Shown here in pieces: positions 28,991 to 38,215 of a DNA stretch of 64,000 bases. Position 1 is the stretch's first letter. Each line of letters begins with the position of its first letter. The stretch lies in the IMG/VR virus record IMGVR_UViG_3300029319_000004, positions 116,712 to 180,711 of that record, one strand, 5' to 3'. The DNA comes from a virus. Below the pieces are notes generated by a model, which was not told the origin of the DNA, ran no database searches, and worked only from the letters and a program-made list of their open reading frames with translations. The position numbers and the translations under genes were made by a program.

Positions 28991-29725
28991 ATGAATAATT
29001 TAGCTGGCATTGTGCCCATAGCTGGCCACTCTTCAGATATGAAGTTTCCCTGGCACCATGCAATGATGCCTTATGACAAAGACAAGACTCTGGTTCAAAA
29101 CGCTGTGTACACATGTGCCATAGCGGGGTGTAAATCAATATGGCTAGTTTGCAATCATGATATACAGCCTATTATAAAAAGTCTAGTTGGAGATTCTATA
29201 GAGGACCCAGTATATAAATTTAGATCTCATTCAAAATATGCTGGGGAGCACAAGAGGCGTATACCAATCTTCTACGTCCCGCTTTCTCCGAGAGACTTAA
29301 GAAATAAAAACAATATTTCATGGAGTGCAATATTTGGATGCATGACAGCAAAAAAAATATTTGGCCAAATAAGCACTTATACCGCTCCGGATAGATATTT
29401 TGTTTCTTGGCCATACGCAATATTAAATAATTCGTCTTTGCGTCAGCATAGAAAAACAATTTCTAAGAAAAGTTTAATTTTTTCAAGTGCAGGCAGCAGT
29501 GTTGCAACGAATGATTTTTTGCCATTCTGTTTTTCCAACTTAGAGCTTGACGAGTTGTATGCACATTGTTATAAATTAAACAATCCTTATGTTGACGCCG
29601 TTCCATTTTCAGAGCTTTCCATATCTGATGTTTTTTATCCGCTTCTCGATAATGAAACGCTAGAGGCTGATTTGCGATATCGAAGGGTATCTTCATGGGA
29701 CGATTATTGTCGTATTTTTAAATGA
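28991..29725 (+). CDS. Sugar-phosphate nucleotidyltransferase-like protein (GT-A fold)
   Basis: LAGIVPIAG...FPWH.AMMP...KTLVQNAVY.CA.AGCKSIWLV; YFVSWPY. Confidence 0.65.
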   Translation: MNNLAGIVPIAGHSSDMKFPWHHAMMPYDKDKTLVQNAVYTCAIAGCKSIWLVCNHDIQPIIKSLVGDSIEDPVYKFRSHSKYAGEHKRRIPIFYVPLSPRDLRNKNNISWSAIFGCMTAKKIFGQISTYTAPDRYFVSWPYAILNNSSLRQHRKTISKKSLIFSSAGSSVATNDFLPFCFSNLELDELYAHCYKLNNPYVDAVPFSELSISDVFYPLLDNETLEADLRYRRVSSWDDYCRIFK

Positions 29726-29762
29726 ACTGACGATTAGTAACTAATTATACTGGAGAATAAAC

Positions 29763-31793
29763 ATGGCGAGAAAAACAAAAAGCAAATATAGAATATCTAA
29801 AAATTATGTTTTTAACGCAGATGCTATATCAAAGATTGAAGAGATTGCAAAAGGCACTGGTGTGCCGGCAGACATCATAGCTGGAATATACGTTAATGAA
29901 AGCGGCGGCAAATTAAGATCGCTGGCGATGAATCCTAGATTTATATACGGAAAAACCTCCTTCGGTAAAGATAGTAAAAAGACGCGCCCACAGAAGTGGC
30001 TCATGAAAAAACTAGTAGGTACAGTAGCTGAGCAATATGGTTCAGCAGGAAAATCAGCCCACGGTAAAACTGCGCAAAAAGTATTTAAAGAAATATATCG
30101 TCATTCGCCATATTGGGCTGTCCATTGTGGCGCATTTGGCTTTCTTCAGGTGCTTGGCTCCCGTGCGATGAAGCGGTATGGGAAAGGTTCGGACGGCGCT
30201 CGTAAATTTTATGAAGCATTTCAGTCAGATCCTTACAGGGTTGGTGTTAACGCAGCGATTGATTGGTGGAAATCTAATCCAGCAGCTAAACAACTTGCAC
30301 TTAATAGAGACTACAGAGGAGTAACAATAAAATATCTTGGAGGTCTAGGCACCGGTAAGTACGAAGCAACGATGAGACGCGCCGCGGATATTTATAGAAG
30401 ACAGACAGGCATGCAAGGGGGAGAGGTAGCCACATCGCCTGCTCGACGAATCGCACTGATTGGCGATTCAAACGCAGCGACTATGACGCCTCTGTACGCT
30501 TCGCATTTTTCAGGAGATAAAGTCTATAAAGCAAAACCAGCGTCGGGAGCAGGAACAGAATGGTTTTTGTTTCTTTTGCGAGCTGTGCAGGCAAAAGATG
30601 CCAGCAAAGCGCCTCCTAAGCGTGGAGGTAAAAAAATAGCCAAAGACCTTATTAATTTTAAACCAGATATAATACATATAACAGCCATGGGGGGCAACGA
30701 TACAGAGAAGACCACAAGCAAATCAGGATTAAAAGAGATAGAAAAAAATGCCAAAGCATTGTTTACTATCATAAAAACATATAAGGGCACTGTTCATGGG
30801 CCACCCAAAAATCGCCCGGGATCTACCTCTACTAATCCTAAATCTGTGTTTCATAAGTCAAAAGGAAACAATGCCTCTGAAAGATATACTGCAGCCAGGC
30901 AAAAAGTAGCAGAAGTCTTGCAAAAAGCAGCTGCTGATGTAGGTATATCCTTCTTTAATCCTTTTGGCGGTCAAATACCAGATATGACCAGAAAAGGCTC
31001 ATATAAAGGAGACGGTATCCATATGGCAGCGGGCGCAGCACGTGCGCACTTTAATGCTGCGAAAGCAATGCTAGGCGGAGCCACTTCAGGCGCCGGCGGT
31101 GTTTCATATTCTTCGGGAGTCGATGCTGCCTCAGGAGGCGCCTCCACAGGCACAGGCTCAGGCACATCTGCAGAAGACGAGCATGCTATAGCAATGAGCG
31201 CTGAAGAAAGAGAGGCGAGGGCTAAAGAAAGAAGAGAGCGAGAAGAAATAAGAAAAAAATATAGACAGGCGTTCGACAGCGCTGTCACCGCCGGGCTAGA
31301 ATCGGGGAAGGAAAGCTACGAGGATTTAAAAAATGTATTTCAAACACAAACCAATCTTGGAAAAGTAGCTATAGCGTCTTATAAGTACAAGGACGATCCT
31401 GGTGAAATATTTGATACTGCTTTTAAAAATCAAAATGCGCCACCCGCAGAGAAGCTAGGGCAAAATGTTGAGGATCCAGATAAAGAAATTGAATCACAAT
31501 CAGCCGACGGTCGCATACTTAAAAAATATATTGCAGTCTTAAATAAGCATCAGCCAGATTTTAATTTTGAAGATTTTTATTCTGAGGTCAATACATACAT
31601 AACTAAAGGTTTCGGCATGGATGCTATCGAGGATCTTTTTCCAAAATCTGGTAGGGATTATGTTTTTGGAGACGAGCACTGGAGAGTGTTTGTCTTAATA
31701 AGAGATCTTAAAGATAAAATATCCGCTCAAAATGTTTCTGAATCATATAGATTTTTAGGAAATCTTGTTAGGGAGATAAAACAAAAATGGTAA
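29763..31793 (+). CDS. Muramidase (lysozyme-like) plus SGNH/GDSL esterase fusion protein
   Basis: N-domain IAGIYVNESGG and GAFGFLQVLG; middle IALIGDSN, MGGND, GDGIH (SGNH blocks I, III, V). Confidence 0.75.
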   Translation: MARKTKSKYRISKNYVFNADAISKIEEIAKGTGVPADIIAGIYVNESGGKLRSLAMNPRFIYGKTSFGKDSKKTRPQKWLMKKLVGTVAEQYGSAGKSAHGKTAQKVFKEIYRHSPYWAVHCGAFGFLQVLGSRAMKRYGKGSDGARKFYEAFQSDPYRVGVNAAIDWWKSNPAAKQLALNRDYRGVTIKYLGGLGTGKYEATMRRAADIYRRQTGMQGGEVATSPARRIALIGDSNAATMTPLYASHFSGDKVYKAKPASGAGTEWFLFLLRAVQAKDASKAPPKRGGKKIAKDLINFKPDIIHITAMGGNDTEKTTSKSGLKEIEKNAKALFTIIKTYKGTVHGPPKNRPGSTSTNPKSVFHKSKGNNASERYTAARQKVAEVLQKAAADVGISFFNPFGGQIPDMTRKGSYKGDGIHMAAGAARAHFNAAKAMLGGATSGAGGVSYSSGVDAASGGASTGTGSGTSAEDEHAIAMSAEEREARAKERREREEIRKKYRQAFDSAVTAGLESGKESYEDLKNVFQTQTNLGKVAIASYKYKDDPGEIFDTAFKNQNAPPAEKLGQNVEDPDKEIESQSADGRILKKYIAVLNKHQPDFNFEDFYSEVNTYITKGFGMDAIEDLFPKSGRDYVFGDEHWRVFVLIRDLKDKISAQNVSESYRFLGNLVREIKQKW

Positions 31794-32005
31794 TAAAAAG
31801 ATTATTCTGTAAACACCCAAGAGAAAGTGGCAAGACATGGCTGCAACATACTTTGTTTGCTTTCGGAGTCTCTGTGAAGCTTTCTGTTTCATCTTTGCTT
31901 TTCTTTTTGCATGCTCTTGCACCGTTTGTGCCAATACCTGACGCATACAATCTGGAAGCGATGTCCAGCTATCTTTTAAAAAAGAATGAAGAAGCGAATA
32001 AATAA
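31787..32005 (+). CDS. Small membrane protein (DUF6356-like)
   Basis: F.KHP.E.G.TW.QH followed by hydrophobic helix and HA..PF. Confidence 0.55.
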   Translation: MVIKRLFCKHPRESGKTWLQHTLFAFGVSVKLSVSSLLFFLHALAPFVPIPDAYNLEAMSSYLLKKNEEANK

Positions 32006-32055
32006 ATGTTTTAGTTTTTAATAGTGTTCCTACATTGTGTCCGTAGGAGTTATTT

Positions 32056-35000
32056 ATGGAACGAACTAAATCATCTATCCCGTTTGTTGGTCTTCATGCG
32101 CACAGTGTCGCAGGATCAGTATTCGATGGATTCGGCTATCCGCAAGATCATATGGATTTTGCTTATCAAAACGGCATGGGCGCGCTCGCCCTTACAGACC
32201 ACGGCAACATGAATGGAATGTCATATCAGGTTCTTCACGCTAAGAAAATGAAGTCTGAGGGCAAATCGTTTAAGCCTATTTTTGGCGTAGAGGCCTATTT
32301 TGTGCCCTCAATCTCTGAATGGAAAGAAGAGTATGAAAAGGTTAAAGCCGACAAGAAACAAGCCAGAAAGATTATTAATGATACTGACAAGGTTGAGGCC
32401 GAGGACGAGAACGCTTCAAAAAGCAAGACAAAAAGCAAGATTAACTCATATGGTCACATTGTTCTTTTGGCTATGAATCAAACTGGGCTTAATAATATTT
32501 TTAAGATTGTCTCCGACTCCCATCAGGGTGACAGCTTTTATAGAAAGCCTAGGCTAGACTATGACATGCTCAAGAAGCATGGCGAAGGCATCATTGCTTC
32601 TTCTGCCTGTCTTGGTGGTGTATATGCTAGAAATTATTGGGACAATCGAGATAATGGGGATGATGCTGTTCTTGAAGCTATGAGGAACACAACATCAAAT
32701 ATGATCGACTGTTTGGGCGATAGATGGTATGGCGAGCTTCAGTGGAACAATGTACCAGAACAGCATGAGCTTAACAAGTTTGTCATTAAAATGCATGAAG
32801 AATTTGGTATTGAGCTTGTTTCCACAGCGGACAGTCACTATCCAAATCCTGAGGCGTGGAAAGACAGAGAACTGTACAAGCGTCTAGGATGGCTAGGATC
32901 AAAGCTGCCAGAGTGGGCTAGCACTGAGCTTCCTGTTTCTGTCGAAGAGGTTGGCCATGAGCTTTACCCAAAGAACGGCGATCAAATGTGGGAGTCGTAC
33001 AAACGCTACTCAAAGCAGTGCAACTTCAAATACGATGATGATCTTGTGCATGATTCGATTACTAAAACACACTGGATCGCCCACGAGAGAATCGAAGACT
33101 TTATGCCGGATGATACTGTTCGTCTGCCTGGCTTCGTGGTACCAGATAATGTAGAGGCCTCAGAAGCTCTTATCAAAGAAGCAATCTCTGGTCTAAGAAA
33201 GATGTCTCTGCAAGAAAACAAGGCATACGTTGACCGACTCAAGGAAGAGTTGCTTGTTATCAATGAGCGTGGCTTTGCAAAATACTTCTTAACCATGAAG
33301 GCTGTATCAGACAAGGCTAATGAGCATATGCTGTCTGGCCCAGGCCGAGGATCCGCCGCCGGCTCGCTCGTTGCCTATGTGCTTGGGATTACTCAGGTCG
33401 ACCCTATTAAGTATGGATTATTGTTTAGTCGGTTCTTGCGTGCAGACGCTACTGACTATCCCGACATTGACTACGACGTCAGTGACGCTTTTGGTCTCAA
33501 GGAGATCTTAGCTAAAGAGTGGGGAGAGACAACCGTTGTACCTATTTCCAACTTTAACACCTTGCAGCTTAGATCGCTAATCAAAGATATTAGCAAGCTT
33601 TATGATGTGCCCTTTACGGAAGTAAATGCCGTCACCGGAAAGATGGTGCGCGAAGCTACGCCAAAAGCAAAAGCAGATCATGGCATTAAGGCTGGAGTGT
33701 ATGCTCCAACATTTGAAGAGGTTATGAAATATTCAGAATCGCTAATCCGATTCCTTACAAAATATCCGCAGATCAAAACTCATGTTGAGGCGCTTGTTGG
33801 GCAAGTTAGGTCAACTAGTCGTCATGCTGGCGGTGTTGTTATTGGCGAGAACCTAGATAGACATATGCCTCTTATTTGTTCAGGCGGCGTACTTCAGACT
33901 CCATGGTCCGAAGGCATGAACGTGAGACATCTTGAGCCCTTAGGTTTTATTAAGTTTGACATCTTGGGCCTGTCAACACTAGAGATGATTCAGTCGGCTG
34001 TTGGTCATGTGCTTAAAAGGCATCACGGTATTGAAAACCCAAGCTTCGCAGACATTAAGAAATACTATGATGACAATCTGCATCCTGACTCGATCGATCT
34101 CAACGATCCGAAAGTTTATAAAAATATCTTTCACAAGGGTAAGTTTATGGGTGTATTTCAGTTTACAAACGCTGGCGCTCAGAGATTCTGTATGAGATCG
34201 AAGCCTAATAACATTATTGATATTTCTGCGATTACATCGATCTACAGACCAGGGCCTCTTGGTGCCAACGTTGACAGGAAGTATGTCAAGGCAAAGAATG
34301 ACCCAGAGTCAATCCAGTATGTAAATGATGTTATTGAGGAAGTGACTAAAGAAACAGCAGGCTTTTTGATCTTTCAAGAGCAGATTGCTTTGCTAGCTCA
34401 CAAGTTGGGCCATGACATTAGTTTGGATGAGGGCAATAAACTTAGAAAGCTTTTAACCAAGAAGGGGACTGGAAAAGGTGCTGAAGAGAAAGAAGTTATC
34501 AAGCAAAAATTTATTAGAGGCTGTGTTGCTAAGTCAATCGATCGATCAACCGCCTCGTCACTCTGGGACAATTTTGAGTATTTTTCTGGCTATGGCTTTA
34601 ACAAGTCTCATGCTGTTGCTTATAGTATCCTTTCTTTCCAGTGTGCTTGGCTCTTGAACTATTTTCCGGAGTGCTGGGCAGCTGCTTTCCTTGATAAGGA
34701 GCCTGAATCTAGAAAAGAGGCAGCGATTAGTTTAGCTCAGAAGAATGGTTTCTATATTCAAAATGTGGATATCAATACTTCTACAAGTCAGTGGGAGATC
34801 TCTGATGACGGTGAGACCCTGGTGCAGCCTTTGAGTTCTATCAAAGGACTAGGCGACAAAGCTATTGATCAGATTATCATGCATAGGCCATTCAGTACCG
34901 TAGAGGATCTTTTATTCAGTAAAGAAATTGTTTATTCAAAGCTAAATAAAAAAGCTCTTGACGTTCTGTGTCGTTCAGGCGCACTAGATTCTTTATCCGA

Positions 35001-35484
35001 TGAGCGCTTTACCGGATGCAAACATCTTTGGATGTCTTGTGTGCAGGATAGACCTAAAAACCCTAAGAAGCTGGCAGAGAATATTAAGCTATATGCCCCA
35101 GAGGCTGACTTTTCTGTGGAGGAAAAGATTGATTATGTTTCTTCTCTTACTGGAATCTTCCCTTTTAATCTAGTCATGACGCGGGAGATTCGTGAATCTA
35201 TCAACAGGCACTGTGTGCCAGCACTTGGTAATTGGGATGATGACTTAGGAGTGGCTTGGTTTGTTCCAAGAGAGATTATTCCTAAGAAAACTAAGAACGA
35301 CAAGCTGTACTGGCTTTTGAAGGTGACAGATGAAACTTCGGCTAACATTACAATCAAGTGTTGGGGTATCAGGCCTGATGATCAAGTTCATCTCAACAGG
35401 CCGTATGCAGCCAAGCTAGATCATAGCAGTGAGTGGGGGTTCAGCACAAGATCAATTCGCCATAACTTTAAACTACTGGGATAA
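32056..35484 (+). CDS. dnaE: DNA polymerase III alpha subunit (family C)
   Basis: PHP domain (LHAHS, ALTDHGNM, TADSHY); GRGSAAGS; PDIDYD; SRHAGGVVI; KFDILGL; FSGYGFNKSHA. Confidence 0.98.
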   Translation: MERTKSSIPFVGLHAHSVAGSVFDGFGYPQDHMDFAYQNGMGALALTDHGNMNGMSYQVLHAKKMKSEGKSFKPIFGVEAYFVPSISEWKEEYEKVKADKKQARKIINDTDKVEAEDENASKSKTKSKINSYGHIVLLAMNQTGLNNIFKIVSDSHQGDSFYRKPRLDYDMLKKHGEGIIASSACLGGVYARNYWDNRDNGDDAVLEAMRNTTSNMIDCLGDRWYGELQWNNVPEQHELNKFVIKMHEEFGIELVSTADSHYPNPEAWKDRELYKRLGWLGSKLPEWASTELPVSVEEVGHELYPKNGDQMWESYKRYSKQCNFKYDDDLVHDSITKTHWIAHERIEDFMPDDTVRLPGFVVPDNVEASEALIKEAISGLRKMSLQENKAYVDRLKEELLVINERGFAKYFLTMKAVSDKANEHMLSGPGRGSAAGSLVAYVLGITQVDPIKYGLLFSRFLRADATDYPDIDYDVSDAFGLKEILAKEWGETTVVPISNFNTLQLRSLIKDISKLYDVPFTEVNAVTGKMVREATPKAKADHGIKAGVYAPTFEEVMKYSESLIRFLTKYPQIKTHVEALVGQVRSTSRHAGGVVIGENLDRHMPLICSGGVLQTPWSEGMNVRHLEPLGFIKFDILGLSTLEMIQSAVGHVLKRHHGIENPSFADIKKYYDDNLHPDSIDLNDPKVYKNIFHKGKFMGVFQFTNAGAQRFCMRSKPNNIIDISAITSIYRPGPLGANVDRKYVKAKNDPESIQYVNDVIEEVTKETAGFLIFQEQIALLAHKLGHDISLDEGNKLRKLLTKKGTGKGAEEKEVIKQKFIRGCVAKSIDRSTASSLWDNFEYFSGYGFNKSHAVAYSILSFQCAWLLNYFPECWAAAFLDKEPESRKEAAISLAQKNGFYIQNVDINTSTSQWEISDDGETLVQPLSSIKGLGDKAIDQIIMHRPFSTVEDLLFSKEIVYSKLNKKALDVLCRSGALDSLSDERFTGCKHLWMSCVQDRPKNPKKLAENIKLYAPEADFSVEEKIDYVSSLTGIFPFNLVMTREIRESINRHCVPALGNWDDDLGVAWFVPREIIPKKTKNDKLYWLLKVTDETSANITIKCWGIRPDDQVHLNRPYAAKLDHSSEWGFSTRSIRHNFKLLG

Positions 35485-35485
35485 T

Positions 35486-35800
35486 ATGGGAAGCTTAAAA
35501 AGAAAAATGGCCAGGAACAAGGCTAAGAAAAATAAAAAGATAGAAAAGAAAATAGCTAAGAAACTTGGGATGTTTAACATCATGGGCGACGAGTGCTCAG
35601 CGTGTCAAAAACCTTTTGATAAGAAATCAAAAGAGGATGTTCAGACTTGGAAAGTTATTGTAAGAGAGCAAGAAAAGATCGTTAGACTTTATTGTCCCAA
35701 TTGCTGGGGCATGGCTAACAAACTTATAAAGGAGATAGAAGATGATCTTAGAGTACAGCATGAGAGAGGGAGCGAAAGCTCCGACGAGAGCAAACCCTAG
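35486..35800 (+). CDS. Hypothetical protein with CxxC...CxxC zinc finger
   Basis: CSACQKPFD ... LYCPNCW; ATG at 35486. Confidence 0.7.
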   Translation: MGSLKRKMARNKAKKNKKIEKKIAKKLGMFNIMGDECSACQKPFDKKSKEDVQTWKVIVREQEKIVRLYCPNCWGMANKLIKEIEDDLRVQHERGSESSDESKP

Positions 35801-36287
35801 CGACGCAGGGTTAGATGTTTATTATTGTCCAAAGGACCCATCAATAAGCGCAGCGTCAATCAAGCCGGGAGACAATATGGTACTGCCCACTGGCCTTAGT
35901 TTTGGGGTGCCTCACGGATACATGCTTCAGGTTTGCAATCGCTCAAGCATGGGAGCTAAGCATTCTTTAGTTGTGGGTGCGCATATTATTGACAGCGGAT
36001 ATGATGGAGAAATATTTATTGATCTACACAATATTGGCTCAGAAACACAACACTTGGCTTCCGGCGATAAGATTGCTCAACTAGTTCTAGTTCCGGTGGT
36101 TCACTTTAGAGCTGTGAAGGTTGAGGACAAAGACCTGTACAGGGATTCGATTACAATTTCTAATCGTGGTGCAGGGTCTTTAGGGAGCACGAATAAAGCT
36201 AAGCTTGTTCCGCCTGGGGGTGGTCCTCCATACAATTCAAGTGAAGTAGTCAAAAACCCTCTCAATGGTATGGTGTCAGGATTTTGA
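35742..36287 (+). CDS. dut: Trimeric dUTPase
   Basis: DAGLD, NRSSMG, IIDSGYDGEI, GDKIAQLV, RGAGSLGST. Confidence 0.95.
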   Translation: MILEYSMREGAKAPTRANPSDAGLDVYYCPKDPSISAASIKPGDNMVLPTGLSFGVPHGYMLQVCNRSSMGAKHSLVVGAHIIDSGYDGEIFIDLHNIGSETQHLASGDKIAQLVLVPVVHFRAVKVEDKDLYRDSITISNRGAGSLGSTNKAKLVPPGGGPPYNSSEVVKNPLNGMVSGF

Positions 36288-36288
36288 A

Positions 36289-36600
36289 ATGAGTAACAAA
36301 TATGCAGAACTTAAAGATGTGTTAATGGGAAAGTTTGATGCGGAAGAGGTGGAGCCTCTTAAGTTACCGACTAAAGAACAAGACAATGCGCCTGAAAAGT
36401 TTGTCGAGCACCCGCCTCACTACAACCAAGGCACATATGAGACAATTGATATCATAGAGGACTGGGACTTGGGCTTTCATTGTGGCAATGCTATAAAGTA
36501 CATCTCCAGGCATAAACACAAGGGACAGCCAGTCAGAGATATCAAGAAAGCAATATGGTATTTGAATAGATATCTAGACTCAATGGAGGGTCAAAAATGA
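36289..36600 (+). CDS. DUF3310 (SaV-like) protein
   Basis: VEHPPHYNQG.YETIDIIE....GFHCGNAIKYISRHKHKG...DIKKAIWYL. Confidence 0.9.
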   Translation: MSNKYAELKDVLMGKFDAEEVEPLKLPTKEQDNAPEKFVEHPPHYNQGTYETIDIIEDWDLGFHCGNAIKYISRHKHKGQPVRDIKKAIWYLNRYLDSMEGQK

Positions 36601-37613
36601 GAAAGACTTATACTTTTGATGATGTTTTGTTGGTGCCAAAATATAGTGCGCTAGAATCTAGATCTCAAGTTAGTTTGCAATCTTCTTTAGACGATGAAAA
36701 GTCTTTAAGGTTGCCAGTAATATCTAGTCCGATGGATACAGTCACCGAAACCAGCATGGCAGTTGCTATGCATTCTGCTGGTGGTCTCGGTGTTATCCAC
36801 AGATACAACACAATTGAAGAACAGTCTGCTCTTGTTGGTGAGTCTTACTACGCAGGTGTCGATAATGTCGCGGCGGCAGTAGGCATGACTGGAGATTATA
36901 TGCAAAGGTCTGAACATTTAGTTAAGGCTGGCGCAAGCATACTTTGTGTTGATGTGGCTCATGGCGATCACATCATGATGAGGGATTGTTTATTTAATTT
37001 AAAGAGCAACTTTGACGTGCACATTATGGCTGGAAACGTCGCAACCCTTGATGCTTTTGAAAGATTGTCTGATTGGGGCGCAGATTCTATTAGGGTGGGC
37101 ATTGGAGGAGGATCCATATGCTCAACAAGAATTGTTACTGGCCACGGAATTCCAACCTTGCAAAGTGTTTTTGACATATCTAATACTAGTTATGACACAA
37201 AAATTATTGCGGACGGCGGCATCAAAACTACGGGGGACATGGTAAAGGCTCTCGCGGCAGGTGCAGACTTTGTCATGGTGGGCTCTATGTTAGCTGGCAC
37301 AAGACAAACGCCGGGTCAGGTGTTTACAAATGTCAAAGGCGAGAGTTACAAGGCGTACAGAGGAATGGCTAGTGCACAAGCGCAGACAGACTGGCGTGGC
37401 AAATCTTCAACCCCAGAGGGTGTTTCAACTACAATTCCCTTCCGAGGCGATGTTTTTGATATTATTAAAGATATTGATGGTGGTATTCGTAGTGGCTTGT
37501 CTTACACGGGTGCTAGCAATCTGGGACAACTTCGAGCGAAATGTGAATTCATTGTACAAACCCAAGCAGGGCAACATGAAAGCAACACACATATTCTATG
37601 GAGGTCCAGATGA
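36597..37613 (+). CDS. IMP dehydrogenase / GMP reductase family (no CBS domains)
   Basis: [45 protein letters not shown]...GD..KALAAGA, YRGMAS, PEGV. Confidence 0.93.
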   Translation: MRKTYTFDDVLLVPKYSALESRSQVSLQSSLDDEKSLRLPVISSPMDTVTETSMAVAMHSAGGLGVIHRYNTIEEQSALVGESYYAGVDNVAAAVGMTGDYMQRSEHLVKAGASILCVDVAHGDHIMMRDCLFNLKSNFDVHIMAGNVATLDAFERLSDWGADSIRVGIGGGSICSTRIVTGHGIPTLQSVFDISNTSYDTKIIADGGIKTTGDMVKALAAGADFVMVGSMLAGTRQTPGQVFTNVKGESYKAYRGMASAQAQTDWRGKSSTPEGVSTTIPFRGDVFDIIKDIDGGIRSGLSYTGASNLGQLRAKCEFIVQTQAGQHESNTHILWRSR

Positions 37614-37942
37614 AAACTCTTCCCATACCAGACCCAGCGACTAGAAAAAAGATTATGTTTTACGATACGCCTCAAAGGCAGGCACAACTAAAGATACAGT
37701 GTCAGCATGATGGGCTAAAACAATCTGAGTTCTTTAGATTGATGGTTGAGGGATACATAAATAATCACCCTGACTTGATTAAGTTCCTTCATGAATGTAA
37801 AGAAAAATACTCTATTCAGGGCAGAGACAAAAGAAATAAAACTCAGAGGATGCGAAAAGCTGGTCGAGAGAATGTAGAGCAGTTCTCTCTTGACGACTCT
37901 GATATTAAAAATATATTTGATTTACTGGAGAATGATTTATAA
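37610..37942 (+). CDS. Putative ribbon-helix-helix-like regulator
   Basis: KKIMFYDT....AQLKIQCQHDGLKQSEFFRLMVEGYI strand-helix-helix pattern. Confidence 0.45.
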   Translation: MKTLPIPDPATRKKIMFYDTPQRQAQLKIQCQHDGLKQSEFFRLMVEGYINNHPDLIKFLHECKEKYSIQGRDKRNKTQRMRKAGRENVEQFSLDDSDIKNIFDLLENDL

Positions 37943-38178
37943 TGGAGTGTTTAAATACTTGTCGACAACTTAATTTCCCGTGTCCTGTCAAGGAATGTCG
38001 GCAGCACATAGACTATAGCGAGGATTTAAATTGCACACTTGAGTCTATATCAAAGCATGGTAATATGACCTTGAGAGAATCTGCTGACCGCCTAGGTATA
38101 AGCTTTGTTAGGGTAAAGCAGATAGAGGACCAGGCCCTAAAAAAAATAGGTCGTTTCTTTGAAAAAGATTCTATTTAG
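37942..38178 (+). CDS. Stand-alone sigma-70 region 4 HTH protein with N-terminal Cys cluster
   Basis: MTLRESADRLGISFVRVKQIEDQALKKI resembles sigma region 4.2 (TLEEVG..F.VTRERIRQIE.KALRKL). Confidence 0.75.
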   Translation: MECLNTCRQLNFPCPVKECRQHIDYSEDLNCTLESISKHGNMTLRESADRLGISFVRVKQIEDQALKKIGRFFEKDSI

Positions 38179-38215
38179 AATAGCACCTTTAAAGGTATCT
38201 TCATGGAGAAAACAA

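Noticed and set aside
24467-35484. Inteins or group I introns in nrdJ, dnaE, dnaB and recA
   Set aside because: Lengths are normal, motifs are contiguous and no C/S...HN splice junctions or LAGLIDADG motifs were seen.
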